Positions 10,701-18,415 of a stretch of 64,000 nt of DNA are shown in pieces. The notes beneath the pieces were generated by a model. The model saw only the letters and a program-made list of their open reading frames with translations. It did no database searches and was not told where the DNA came from. Positions within the stretch are counted from its first letter, which is position 1. Each line of letters begins with the position of its first letter. The stretch lies in the NCBI GenBank assembly GCA_014729395.1, contig WJJZ01000001.1:3634-67633 (forward strand). Direction: 5' to 3'. The stretch comes from Candidatus Magasanikiibacteriota bacterium. GTDB taxonomy: Bacteria > Patescibacteriota > Patescibacteriia > Magasanikbacterales > UBA922. The translations under genes were made by a program, and so were the position numbers.

Positions 10701-13700
10701 ATTAATAAATAAACAACGATCATTACAATTATTATCCGTTATTCCATTTATACCTATTTCGCACTGTTCCCCATCTTCAAGTACACCATTACCACAAACA
10801 CTGACTGCATTTAGACACTCAACACTACCTGAAAAAGCTGAATTACTACACCATGCTTGAGACAAAGGTGTACCCGTATGAAGACAAGAGTTTGAGCACC
10901 CATATTCACCGGTCAAAGACAGATCGCCGGCAAAAGAGGCATCATCCAAACTTATACCGATATCACAATCCTCACCTACTGTTACATCTCTGCTGCCGCA
11001 CCATGGTAAATCCAAATTTCCCTGGGGCTCCGCTGTACTGGATCCGCTCCAAGTACAATTATTATTACAAAACTCATTGAGTGCCGGATCACATTCTTCA
11101 CCCAAAGCGGTTTCTATTTCAGCATTTCCACAATTTTCACCTGTCGAACCCGGGCGCAAACAGTTTAGAGTACAGGACTTACCAACTTCTTCGCCTATTT
11201 TTGCTATGTCGCAATCTTCTCCGGGGTCAAGCACACCATTTCCGCACAAGAAAGGATCTCTTGTATAACTGTCTCTTTGTATATCCGATCCGGAAGGTAC
11301 GCAACCCAAATTACAAAATGAATTCGGATTCCCTTGAAGTGTAAAATCCGATAAATCGACAACCGATTCATCCAAACTGCGCCAATCCCAACCATAGTTC
11401 CAAGGGTTTAATTCTTGTCCATAGGGATTACAGGTATCCGGCGACCCATAAGAAAAAGCGCTATAGCGAGTTTTTTCTCCAATTACATTTGACACATGTG
11501 GATTGGGTTGTAGTCGAATATCGTTTATTTGACAATAGACATTGTCGGATTTTGTTCTAAATTTCCATGAAAAATCATCCGGCAAGGCTTTGCCGTCTCT
11601 TTGCTCGGGTTCAAACTGGCCAATCGATACAATCCCGGTTTGCCCTCCTCTTACCGTGACTTTATACCATGAATCTTTTTCCAAAACTTGGAGTGGTAAT
11701 AAATATGAATGCAGTTCGAAATAATTTTGATTATCAGCCGGAACATCCAAAGCTATCTCCGTCTCATCAACTTCGTTACACAACTCATCACTACATTTTT
11801 GCAAATAAATATTATTCTGGTATGTTTCCGGATTCATATGTCTACTGAACCGAACTCCGAAACCGGTATTTATACAGGCCTCTGCACAATCAGGCCAAAA
11901 ATCCACAACTTCAGGTTCTTGTAAATCAATTATCAATGTACTGGAAGCAATAATTTGATTCTCTACCAACACCCCTCCGGTAGTGGTGGAAATATCGGTC
12001 TGAGCTATAATTTGAACACTATCAGGTGCGGTATGAGCTTTTGCATCGCCTTTTGCTTTTGTGTCAGTATGATATTCATCAGACTCAACCTGAATTGTAG
12101 CAGCGGAATTATTATCCGTGGTCCAATCCCAACCGAGTCCATCCACGGGCAATACCGAACACTCTTGATTTCCTCGTCCCCATAAATAATAGTAAAAAGG
12201 AAGCTCGCCAAGAATTTCAGTAATATATTCCGGAGGGTTCATACCGGCTGCAGTTAAAGTACACAATTCACCACCGGTTTTAAAGTCAAAACAATAAGCC
12301 GTACCATCACCACAAGGTCTAGTTATCTGTAAAGGTTGTGACGGTACCTCGGCTACACCAAGGACGCTTTGTTGTGGTAGTGATCTGATCCCCTCAAGTA
12401 ATTCTACATGATACCAAGTATTAGGCTCCAGATTCTCGGTTGTCGACAATCTTATTACTTCCTCTTCATAATTTAAATTAATATCTTCAATCGCCACACT
12501 GTTTTCTTCGCAATCTATTTCTTCACCATTGCCACAACTGTATAGAAGCACATTATCCGTAAAAGAATTCTGATCCATAGGCAATGTGAACCTGACTGCA
12601 ATTTCTGAATTCAAACATGCTTGCCTACCTTTTCTCCATCTTTCCCAAGGTGTTGGTGACGGAAATTCCAATTGCAAGTCGGTATCAAACCAATCATCTT
12701 CTTCACAAGCTTCAACCACTTGAGGCACCTGAGGCATATAGCCTGTGGTAAAACGCCAAGTATATCCGGCAGATCGCACCTCACCCTTACAAGCGGTTCC
12801 AACCGGTCTCCATATTCCCGCATCTTCTCCGACCGTACAACATTTGTGAGTTTCTGAAATTGGTGAATCAGGATTTTCCCTACAATCTTCAACAGTATAT
12901 TGCACTCCATTACTTAAAATAGTTTGACCGTCTACTTCTATACCAACTCTGATCGGACCGGTCTCCATTGAATAATTATCATTTGTCTCCGGTATTAAAG
13001 TTATTATTTGATTATTTGAAGCGGAAATTAACCAATCACCGGGTGTCAAAGTTGAAAGCCAAGTATTGCTTACTTCTTGGACATTGGCATCTTTCCACCA
13101 AAAATATACAACCGGTGAAGTACCAAAGTTAATGCCGGTTATATCCAGACCTTCACTACCAACCGGCAAAGGCGCAGGACCGGTATTTGGACTGAGCCTA
13201 CATATACTTGGCAAAGCGGCACCATCTTCTACTGTTAGTGCCTCGACACCGTCAGTTTGTGCCAATACACCATCTACATTTACCGATAAATAATATGTTC
13301 CGACTGCGGTTTCTTCACCTATCTTTACCACTATTTGTTCATCACTCCAAGTATCACCGCAAACTGCCGGCAATATTGTTTCCGTGGGAATACAATTTTC
13401 ATCATTGCAAGCAATACCGGCTGTATCTGCCAAATGTACAGTTCCTGGATTTTGTCCCAAATTTCTTCCATATATGGTTAGATAACTGCCCGGTGTAATT
13501 ACCGTTGGACTTATGGATTCAACGACCGGTTCAGTGTCAGTGTCACCATCACCCAAAACTGTAAAAGGAATACCATTGCTTAAAACATCATTGACTGAAA
13601 CTTTTACAGCCACTTCTCCGGGGTTTAAACTTTCGGGAACAGAACTGTCAATGGAATTATCTGACCAAGCCGACACCTGTGATCTAAAATTTCCGAATTG

Positions 13701-15533
13701 GATAAAATTGTTTCCTTGATCACCCCCAAAAGCACTCCCCAAAGCCAATATTTCTGTCCCGGGCAAAGCAAAATCAACCGGCACTTCAGGAGATTGCACT
13801 TTTGTTTTAACACTACAAAGACCCGGTCTTGAAATGTCATTTTTTAAAAATAAACCATTTCTCGGACCATTGATCGGACCATTATTATTTATAGTTGTGT
13901 CAATCAATAAATCACCATTCATAGGAGCGCTTACCCGTATAGCGCTTTCAGACCCAAGCGGCAACCGATTGTCATCAGGAACCGCAACCACTATCCAATC
14001 GTTTGTCCACACTTGTGTATCACCGCAATCAGCCAAATTGGCTTCAACCCAATCATCACCAACAGAAAACTCAACCGTACCGATAACAGATCCAAAATTT
14101 CTACCCAAAACGGTAACAAAATTATTTGACGCCCCCTCCCACGGATCAACGTCAAGAATTACAGGTAAGTCCACACATTGATTGGTCTCAGGATCACAAA
14201 AACCTGATGCGCAATCCGAGTCATCAATACAATCATCACCACCCTGCCCCAAACATTCGTCCTCATATTCGGGTGATATTGGCCTACCGGAAGCGTCGCA
14301 ATGCTCACCCACAATCACAAAAGAACTCGTATCAACTGAAAAATTATGATCAATATCATAACCGACAGCTTCAACTATAAATCTCTGTCTCGCTTCTGTG
14401 GTAGTCGGAATCGTATATGAGTATTCAAAGCTGTATGAATCAGAGGAATCATCTGATAATCTCGGACCATCATATAGCGTTAAACCGTTGTCGGGTGTAG
14501 AATCTTCTTTGTAAATTTGAACTCTTATAAAAGAATTGCCAAAATTATCATTCATTTCCACTTCTATGGGGTAAGACCGACCTCTTCGCAAAACAACACC
14601 GTCATTGATATCATTATTGATCGAAATTTCTCCCATAACGGGATTATCGATATCTATATTATTGTCAGTATCAACTCCAAAAATCGCGGTCCTTGGATAA
14701 GTTCCGCAACTGGTATCAATTTCCAAAGGATTGCCCGATTCGTCGATGACATCTTGATTTACTTCAACTCTATAAGCACCGGAGCTAAAACAGGTTTCTT
14801 GTCTTTCAGCTGAACATAACTCATCAGTGTCATATGTCGCTTCGACAATGGATCTATTGCCGTCAACATAAACAGCATCAATAGCTTGAACATCTGTACC
14901 ATCCTTTAATACTTCAAAAACATCTGAAGCGGCAACGGTTCCATCTAATTCACGGCTGAAAATGACACGAACAGCAATATTATTCATTTCCAAAGAAGCT
15001 GTATTCGGAGTAATGCTTTTTACTACAAAATGTCTGTCTTCACAATTAGGAAAATCCCCTCCTCCACAAATATCCGGGTGTAAATTGTAAAAATTTGGAT
15101 CACTACATCTGGGATCTACTGTTTCTCCACCCGGTGTAGTTGTGAAACCGGTGGCATCAGATAATCTATTTAGAACGAACTGAGTAATAGCAAATGATGA
15201 TAAAATAATTGCCAAACCAATAGCACCATTAATTAAAATCTTTTTGGCAGTACTGATTTTCTCTTCATTACCCCCTGAAGTCATAAAAACAAAACCACCG
15301 TACAAAACGATCAAAACTGCAATAATCCCTAAAAATGTCAAAATAGCCCTGATAATTTTTGCAATTGTTATTCTAATGTCTTGTGATCCCAAAGCTATAT
15401 TCTCTTCAACTTCAGTTATTCCCAGTGTATCAGCTTGGGCATTTACCGTCTGAGCGACTGCAAAAAAACCGCCAAATATGACAAGCAATAAGAGAAAAAT
15501 AATAATATTTTTTTTCAATTTTTTTACGGTCAT
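4695..15533 (-). CDS. giant (3612 aa) secreted/membrane-anchored multidomain surface protein: N-terminal signal-anchor plus 2-TM module, about nine Myxococcus-type cysteine-rich repeats (CGNGxxxxGExCD), IPT/TIG-like and Ig-like domains, and a Fibrobacter-succinogenes-major-paralogous (FISUMP-like) domain
   Basis: Single uninterrupted ORF. Cys-rich repeats include CGNGVLDPGEDCD, CGNGVLEDGEQCE, CGDSVVNAGESCD, CGNGVVDQGELCDDGELN, CGDNLVQPDYETCDDGNLD, CGDNVVQAPNNEGVMEACD and CGDGIVQAENGEKCE. FISUMP-like segment is GGLYRWDESMNY...CPVGWHIPTDEEWKILE. TIG-like segments resemble ISPTVITPGSYLTIYGRNLG. Ig-like strands follow the IAVRFTLPMDQNSF pattern. Confidence 0.85.
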   Translation of the reverse strand: MTVKKLKKNIIIFLLLLVIFGGFFAVAQTVNAQADTLGITEVEENIALGSQDIRITIAKIIRAILTFLGIIAVLIVLYGGFVFMTSGGNEEKISTAKKILINGAIGLAIILSSFAITQFVLNRLSDATGFTTTPGGETVDPRCSDPNFYNLHPDICGGGDFPNCEDRHFVVKSITPNTASLEMNNIAVRVIFSRELDGTVAASDVFEVLKDGTDVQAIDAVYVDGNRSIVEATYDTDELCSAERQETCFSSGAYRVEVNQDVIDESGNPLEIDTSCGTYPRTAIFGVDTDNNIDIDNPVMGEISINNDINDGVVLRRGRSYPIEVEMNDNFGNSFIRVQIYKEDSTPDNGLTLYDGPRLSDDSSDSYSFEYSYTIPTTTEARQRFIVEAVGYDIDHNFSVDTSSFVIVGEHCDASGRPISPEYEDECLGQGGDDCIDDSDCASGFCDPETNQCVDLPVILDVDPWEGASNNFVTVLGRNFGSVIGTVEFSVGDDWVEANLADCGDTQVWTNDWIVVAVPDDNRLPLGSESAIRVSAPMNGDLLIDTTINNNGPINGPRNGLFLKNDISRPGLCSVKTKVQSPEVPVDFALPGTEILALGSAFGGDQGNNFIQFGNFRSQVSAWSDNSIDSSVPESLNPGEVAVKVSVNDVLSNGIPFTVLGDGDTDTEPVVESISPTVITPGSYLTIYGRNLGQNPGTVHLADTAGIACNDENCIPTETILPAVCGDTWSDEQIVVKIGEETAVGTYYLSVNVDGVLAQTDGVEALTVEDGAALPSICRLSPNTGPAPLPVGSEGLDITGINFGTSPVVYFWWKDANVQEVSNTWLSTLTPGDWLISASNNQIITLIPETNDNYSMETGPIRVGIEVDGQTILSNGVQYTVEDCRENPDSPISETHKCCTVGEDAGIWRPVGTACKGEVRSAGYTWRFTTGYMPQVPQVVEACEEDDWFDTDLQLEFPSPTPWERWRKGRQACLNSEIAVRFTLPMDQNSFTDNVLLYSCGNGEEIDCEENSVAIEDINLNYEEEVIRLSTTENLEPNTWYHVELLEGIRSLPQQSVLGVAEVPSQPLQITRPCGDGTAYCFDFKTGGELCTLTAAGMNPPEYITEILGELPFYYYLWGRGNQECSVLPVDGLGWDWTTDNNSAATIQVESDEYHTDTKAKGDAKAHTAPDSVQIIAQTDISTTTGGVLVENQIIASSTLIIDLQEPEVVDFWPDCAEACINTGFGVRFSRHMNPETYQNNIYLQKCSDELCNEVDETEIALDVPADNQNYFELHSYLLPLQVLEKDSWYKVTVRGGQTGIVSIGQFEPEQRDGKALPDDFSWKFRTKSDNVYCQINDIRLQPNPHVSNVIGEKTRYSAFSYGSPDTCNPYGQELNPWNYGWDWRSLDESVVDLSDFTLQGNPNSFCNLGCVPSGSDIQRDSYTRDPFLCGNGVLDPGEDCDIAKIGEEVGKSCTLNCLRPGSTGENCGNAEIETALGEECDPALNEFCNNNCTWSGSSTAEPQGNLDLPWCGSRDVTVGEDCDIGISLDDASFAGDLSLTGEYGCSNSCLHTGTPLSQAWCSNSAFSGSVECLNAVSVCGNGVLEDGEQCEIGINGITDNNCNDRCLFINVCDTPFSQCDSGVEGCTEECTLAGSSVSYSESSLCGDAVVGIGESSDCELEVLDANLQAGLNPIQVATAIGEGVVDEETLRQFAKIEAEAVMQRTSTTPINLPAGTVVGDADYYLQCGYTEYDSPRDGLYNDCADNSDNIYGVAENSCCFERLSRIDEYPESGSNSICRNSLISVTFDGEIDDDTLSGNLIIASGSDDQDFDCTEQGQQNVTGVVNGALAYNQSDSFFARLWHRVKNFFLEFFGDESYAAIETWCSGAISTRPEVSYSYLPDGTVGSSTVSIYLEDLLDPETTYAVLLTGGGDGIRDTRGVGIKNPENSNISDAWQFRTGSDICKLKAVEAVPDSHLFYAPQQEYNFIAMAISETPTGIEQEIVRIPGVYYWEWAWGPNDSRVFSIPVEGDNSNAETVNIASREVEGYETGVLSAKITVDIDSQNNQTGLIFTDLFDLTAMFCEKPWPERMGDLWRPYDVFEREGYYFTMSYCLDAGVSGVTFDDLPFIRPVDIDQEIELAEDTQKQVLFFNDKNDDVIGVQIFSNPDFLNINEWYSSKGFENVDNMRRVEVDGYQGLADDNNFYINAYNLTGEEATGDSTIYRNVYLFSININASQETRQVFEQLINSLKFNTNMSDLRYCTPVDGGDPAGFCLNDFDCPSMEVEQTIECPPEFTCGDQLDYQGQSYGTLQIGSQCWMAENINIGTMINSSQAQTDNNIIEKYCLENNETNCNNFGGLYRWDESMNYSNISGSRGICPVGWHIPTDEEWKILEEQEGMCEGLGPGPEGELCSDDVGFRGTNQGELLKVGGASNFNAVANGFTDLSGLFGNPAISFYWSSRSSLVGNWVRKFVSNIPTIHRLSLEGDYGSYIRCIKDNSVPPQCEDQDAGLIDMECNADRTEFLRDLDRLEDISGAQRNLDIYRSQNGTYPFLSSGTFIPGYTVSKWPSWGNRLGSDIQGVAVDPVNQWTGCEAVDPNVEVNTCWNAEQSKYICPQEMSVYEYEYESNENYIFHAPLEFLSLNNSIIDRYGINRGRFDTEPYCVPNQTHTPEGGVCGDSVVNAGESCDPPGRVDAANCRICTDQCTWQPTECPGVGICGNGVVDQGELCDDGELNGSYGHCGEDCNALSGLGYCGDTVFQEEYEFCDWSMRPLWGQYAFEMEKSCSIDCQGYGGYCGDNLVQPDYETCDDGNLDNFDGCSEQCERENNSCYNAGPYLTTSTADNSTDIYISRGNYDVFDSSSGDYEGQAIPECTSNITGNQICHSYGLSCDQVLERYGKLDEFNILVYYTRCYGSGYDCNNSCSVELNITNSNGYRVECEGVYEGPVQQGVEAENIGACGDNVVQAPNNEGVMEACDLGSQNGIPCQPEYGQNCTYCSADCRNVLFREPTAYCGDGIVQAENGEKCETVGENIIVSDEVCSQTVAPSFVRRLNDGKVRVQYYPEMLENSEDNMNAICSWLDEDLDDPKVIACKLLVLSLVHLSSEADLEDMLGYHCSEDPSIICDPNDQTTCLAPDDGLILDLKEEDYSNNISNYITNDVQFYGECLPNYTLCNENNVLTCTDLGSVSCSESCQKLDNNCVECTASLDQNINTIANMAFLNPITGGGVPQSTLGEGTNWWAFPERNFDGLQHVLMYRWYDPDRDGIEDGYTFGWRRLGSTGNGSTPIYFDYTIQEALRNSGSSENLSGEKVRLESDALCVDEYKLYFSPLEIKKSPAVNLNIYNRDQLLNYGDLFSYPVSGQTGPIEHEYIVSPAVPDNVFRVVVRWTDKEDDRNVIFNGVLYSQIFDKNAEDLEERKALIKNLSEAISDTTNPADPWYCDQMEQTTYKEEAEYNSTEFNHGRYFWPTACNPYTVIRPSDDFTRDQSRLLFVHPVQSLDKTFIQAMTIDTNGWYYLNRTFEVRPPIAFFVEAIGSLGEVPISNFTNSNLTVDIYTFHEGQVPAHSVYKPITSFSIKSAQSSSNPTARYWHVFNLEWKSENLEFDWRISPVQQIQTGFCDVLNDTPNTICTP

Positions 15534-15548
15534 CAGATTAATTAAAAT

Positions 15549-17585
15549 TTATGGCACTAAACTTCTAAGGTAGTCCAAACATTGTTCATTGTCAGGTACA
15601 ACACTTGCACCTTCATCCATAGTTTGAGCACAACCCGTATCATTTTCTTCGTCAAAACTGACATTTACACAATTTACAGTCTCAATAATATTCCCAAATT
15701 CATCTTCTACCACTTGACATTCGTTCATTTCGGCCGGTCCTCTTCCCGGGTATAGACATTGTTGGTTAAGAGATTTCACTGTACTCGGTATCGTTGGAAA
15801 ATAGAATAAATCCAAATTGTTGGCACCAAATTCACGGTGGGTTATATATAAATCACTTCCCCCGTCTTCTGTAATCTCCGTATAAGTGTGAAACCATATA
15901 TCATCCAAGCACTCATCCGGATCGTCCGGCAAACAGTAATTTGCCGGATATTCTTCTAAAACTACATCCGAAAACGTACTTGACCACATTTCTTTGTTAA
16001 AGTGAACAATAATAGGTGTATTAGCCGGTACGTTTTCTGCGTCAACCGGCGGAGTGATTTCACTAATGAATGGGATTGATCTATCTATGTTATTTTGGAC
16101 AATAAAACGCCAAAGATAATTATCCGCTTCTTGTTCTTCTCCGGATATTTCTCTATTATCGGGTACATTCGGCTTTCCATCGACCACACCATCAGCATTT
16201 CCGTCCAATGCATTTCCCGCCATATCCATAACTCCGGAAAAAGGTACGGCTTCGAACGAGTCCTCTGAATAGATTTGTGCAGTTCTAATTAAAGCCAAAT
16301 AAAAATTCAAGCATTCACTATCGTTTACAGCACAGTCAAATATAGGCAGACAATACATTGCATCTCCACAACTATTTGTACCGCACTGTTCTGCTGAAAC
16401 AAATTCAACTGTTTTATAACTATTGGTTAACGACCATTTACCTGCCGGAAGATCTTGGGAATTTTCAGCCGCATCCAATATTATATTTGTAAAATTTTCA
16501 GTTAAACCCTGAACCGCTGTAGGATCCATAGCTTCACTAAAATCAATTCTAATGATACTGTTTCTGGAAACAGTTCTTTCGTTTCTAGGATAAACCCGTG
16601 ATACTGTCGGAGGATCAAAATCAATGTTTGAACCTGTTTCAAATTCCCATAAATAGTGACCGCTTCTCTCATTTACAAAAGCACTTGTTTCTCCATCTTC
16701 AATTAAAATATTCTCAGTCAGATCCACACTATACCAAGTATCCGGTTCCAGCATTTCCAAAGGACGTAAAACAAAAGTATATGTACTGCTGGCATCTCCT
16801 TCATAAGAAGCCATAGCCGCGGCCGGCAATAATTCAACCGTTCCCGTGGTTGAACGATAAAGTCTGACAGCATTTTGATTTAATTGGTCACAATCAAGCG
16901 ACCAATCCAATATACCATCGTCCGGAACAATACAATCTCCAATAATTCCATTTTGATTGCTATCTTCAATTAAACTGCTGGCGTCAATCGCTTCTCTGAA
17001 TGTAAAAGCGATTTTGGTATTTCTTTTTACATCTGTTTGATTGCGTTCGGGATAATGATCTTTAACGATTCTACCGAGAGAACCACTACCGGAAAAAGTA
17101 TTAAAAGCAGGCCTGGTAATACCGCCTCCTCCTCCGGGAAAAGCTCCCGTAGCCCTCTGCAGACTGCTTAATACAAATTGAGTTATGGCAAAAGCCGACA
17201 AAATAATCGCAAGACCAATAGCACCGTTTATTAGTAATTTTTTACCACGCGCCACCTTTTCTTCATTTCCGGCCGAAGTCATTATTGTAAAACCCGCATA
17301 TATAACAATAATAAGAGCTATTATTCCCAAAAATCCTAAAACTGCTCTTATAATCCTGGCTATTATTATTCGAATATCACCTCCACCCAGGTTTAAACCG
17401 CTCTCGTCAACAATCTCCACCCCCAAAGCATCCCCTTCTGTCTGAGCGTTCACAATATCAAAATTTACAACAAAAAAAGTAAATATTAATAAAAAAATAC
17501 CTACTATCAAAACTATAGCAGTAATTTTCCTATTTTTATTAAATTGTCGAATCCGATAAGGTAGCATGGAAACCTCAGGACTCAT
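15549..17585 (-). CDS. large (678 aa) secreted/membrane-anchored protein with the same N-terminal signal-anchor plus 2-TM module as the giant protein, followed by bacterial Ig-like domains
   Basis: The N-terminal ~160 aa align with the giant protein N-terminus (DIRIIIARIIRAVLGFLGIIALIIVIYAGF...MTSAGNEEK...KKLLINGAIGLAIILSAFAITQFVL). Ig-like pattern IIRIDFSEAMDPTAV. Confidence 0.75.
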   Translation of the reverse strand: MSPEVSMLPYRIRQFNKNRKITAIVLIVGIFLLIFTFFVVNFDIVNAQTEGDALGVEIVDESGLNLGGGDIRIIIARIIRAVLGFLGIIALIIVIYAGFTIMTSAGNEEKVARGKKLLINGAIGLAIILSAFAITQFVLSSLQRATGAFPGGGGGITRPAFNTFSGSGSLGRIVKDHYPERNQTDVKRNTKIAFTFREAIDASSLIEDSNQNGIIGDCIVPDDGILDWSLDCDQLNQNAVRLYRSTTGTVELLPAAAMASYEGDASSTYTFVLRPLEMLEPDTWYSVDLTENILIEDGETSAFVNERSGHYLWEFETGSNIDFDPPTVSRVYPRNERTVSRNSIIRIDFSEAMDPTAVQGLTENFTNIILDAAENSQDLPAGKWSLTNSYKTVEFVSAEQCGTNSCGDAMYCLPIFDCAVNDSECLNFYLALIRTAQIYSEDSFEAVPFSGVMDMAGNALDGNADGVVDGKPNVPDNREISGEEQEADNYLWRFIVQNNIDRSIPFISEITPPVDAENVPANTPIIVHFNKEMWSSTFSDVVLEEYPANYCLPDDPDECLDDIWFHTYTEITEDGGSDLYITHREFGANNLDLFYFPTIPSTVKSLNQQCLYPGRGPAEMNECQVVEDEFGNIIETVNCVNVSFDEENDTGCAQTMDEGASVVPDNEQCLDYLRSLVP

Positions 17586-17622
17586 AAATTAAATGCGAAT
17601 TTTATTTGGTATAAAAAAACGC

Positions 17623-18072
17623 TTATTTGTTTTCTATTTTTTTCATTACAATCTCTCGAACAACAGATCCGTCAGCTGATGAACCAATCTTACTCATGAC
17701 CGCGCCCATTACCGGGCCCGGACTTAAGCTATCTTCACTTTTCATTTTTTCAATTTCTTCATCAACTATTTTTTCTATTTGCTCAGAACTTATCTGCTTA
17801 GGTAGATATTCTGACAAAAAATCAATTTCTTTTTCTGTTTTTGCAGCCAAATCAGCTCTGTCGCCTGATTTAAAATCAACAAGTGAATCTTTAAGTTGTT
17901 TCACTTGCTTTTTAGCTACTTTTTCCACATCTTTATCATCTAAAGATTCTTTCTTGTCAATCTCTTCATTTCTAATGGCCGACCAAAACATCCTTAAAGT
18001 GGATAACTTGTCATTATCCCCTTTCTTTAGGGCTGATTTAATATCAGCTTGTATTTTTTCTCTTAAAGTCAT
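17623..18072 (-). CDS. yqeY: GatB/YqeY domain protein
   Basis: 149 aa with YqeY-like sequence (REKIQADIKSALKKGD...LSTLRM...EYLPKQISSEQIEKIVDE...GPVMGAVMSKIGSSADG). Classic rpsU-yqeY pairing. Confidence 0.8.
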   Translation of the reverse strand: MTLREKIQADIKSALKKGDNDKLSTLRMFWSAIRNEEIDKKESLDDKDVEKVAKKQVKQLKDSLVDFKSGDRADLAAKTEKEIDFLSEYLPKQISSEQIEKIVDEEIEKMKSEDSLSPGPVMGAVMSKIGSSADGSVVREIVMKKIENK

Positions 18073-18075
18073 GGT

Positions 18076-18312
18076 TTATCTGGTAAATTTATCTTCTTCA
18101 GGAAGTTTACCAATTTTACGCAAATAATTGGTTTTACTAATTATCTGTCCTCTTTTTACCGCCTCTTTCTTCTTCATATTCTTACTTTTCTTTGGATCGT
18201 AAAATTGAATTTTCCTAGCTTGTAGTAACTTACCGGATTGAAGCCAGCGCTTTTTAACTCTACGCATAAAGACTTCAAAAGACTCTCCTTTTCTTCTTTT
18301 TACTTCTGACAC
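18076..18312 (-). CDS. rpsU: 30S ribosomal protein S21
   Basis: KRRKGESFEVFMRRVKKRW...KKEAVKR is typical of S21. Probable GTG start at 18312 preceded by AGGAGG. The ORF track extends to 18321. Confidence 0.8.
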   Translation of the reverse strand: MSEVKRRKGESFEVFMRRVKKRWLQSGKLLQARKIQFYDPKKSKNMKKKEAVKRGQIISKTNYLRKIGKLPEEDKFTR

Positions 18313-18415
18313 AAATTTCACCTCCTCGTGAAAAATTATTCGATTTATTAAAAATATTTCTGGTCTATTTGACCACCAAATATTGCCTAAATTATAAAAG
18401 ATTTTTTCGATTCAG

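Noticed and set aside
5072-15453. Numerous 60-115-aa ORFs on both strands inside 4695-15533 (for example 5072-5317, 13834-14181, 15244-15453), and 17185-17445 inside the 678-aa gene
   Set aside because: They lie entirely within, or antisense to, one long uninterrupted ORF with clear domain content. 15244-15453 and 17185-17445 resemble each other only because the sense strands encode the shared N-terminal module.
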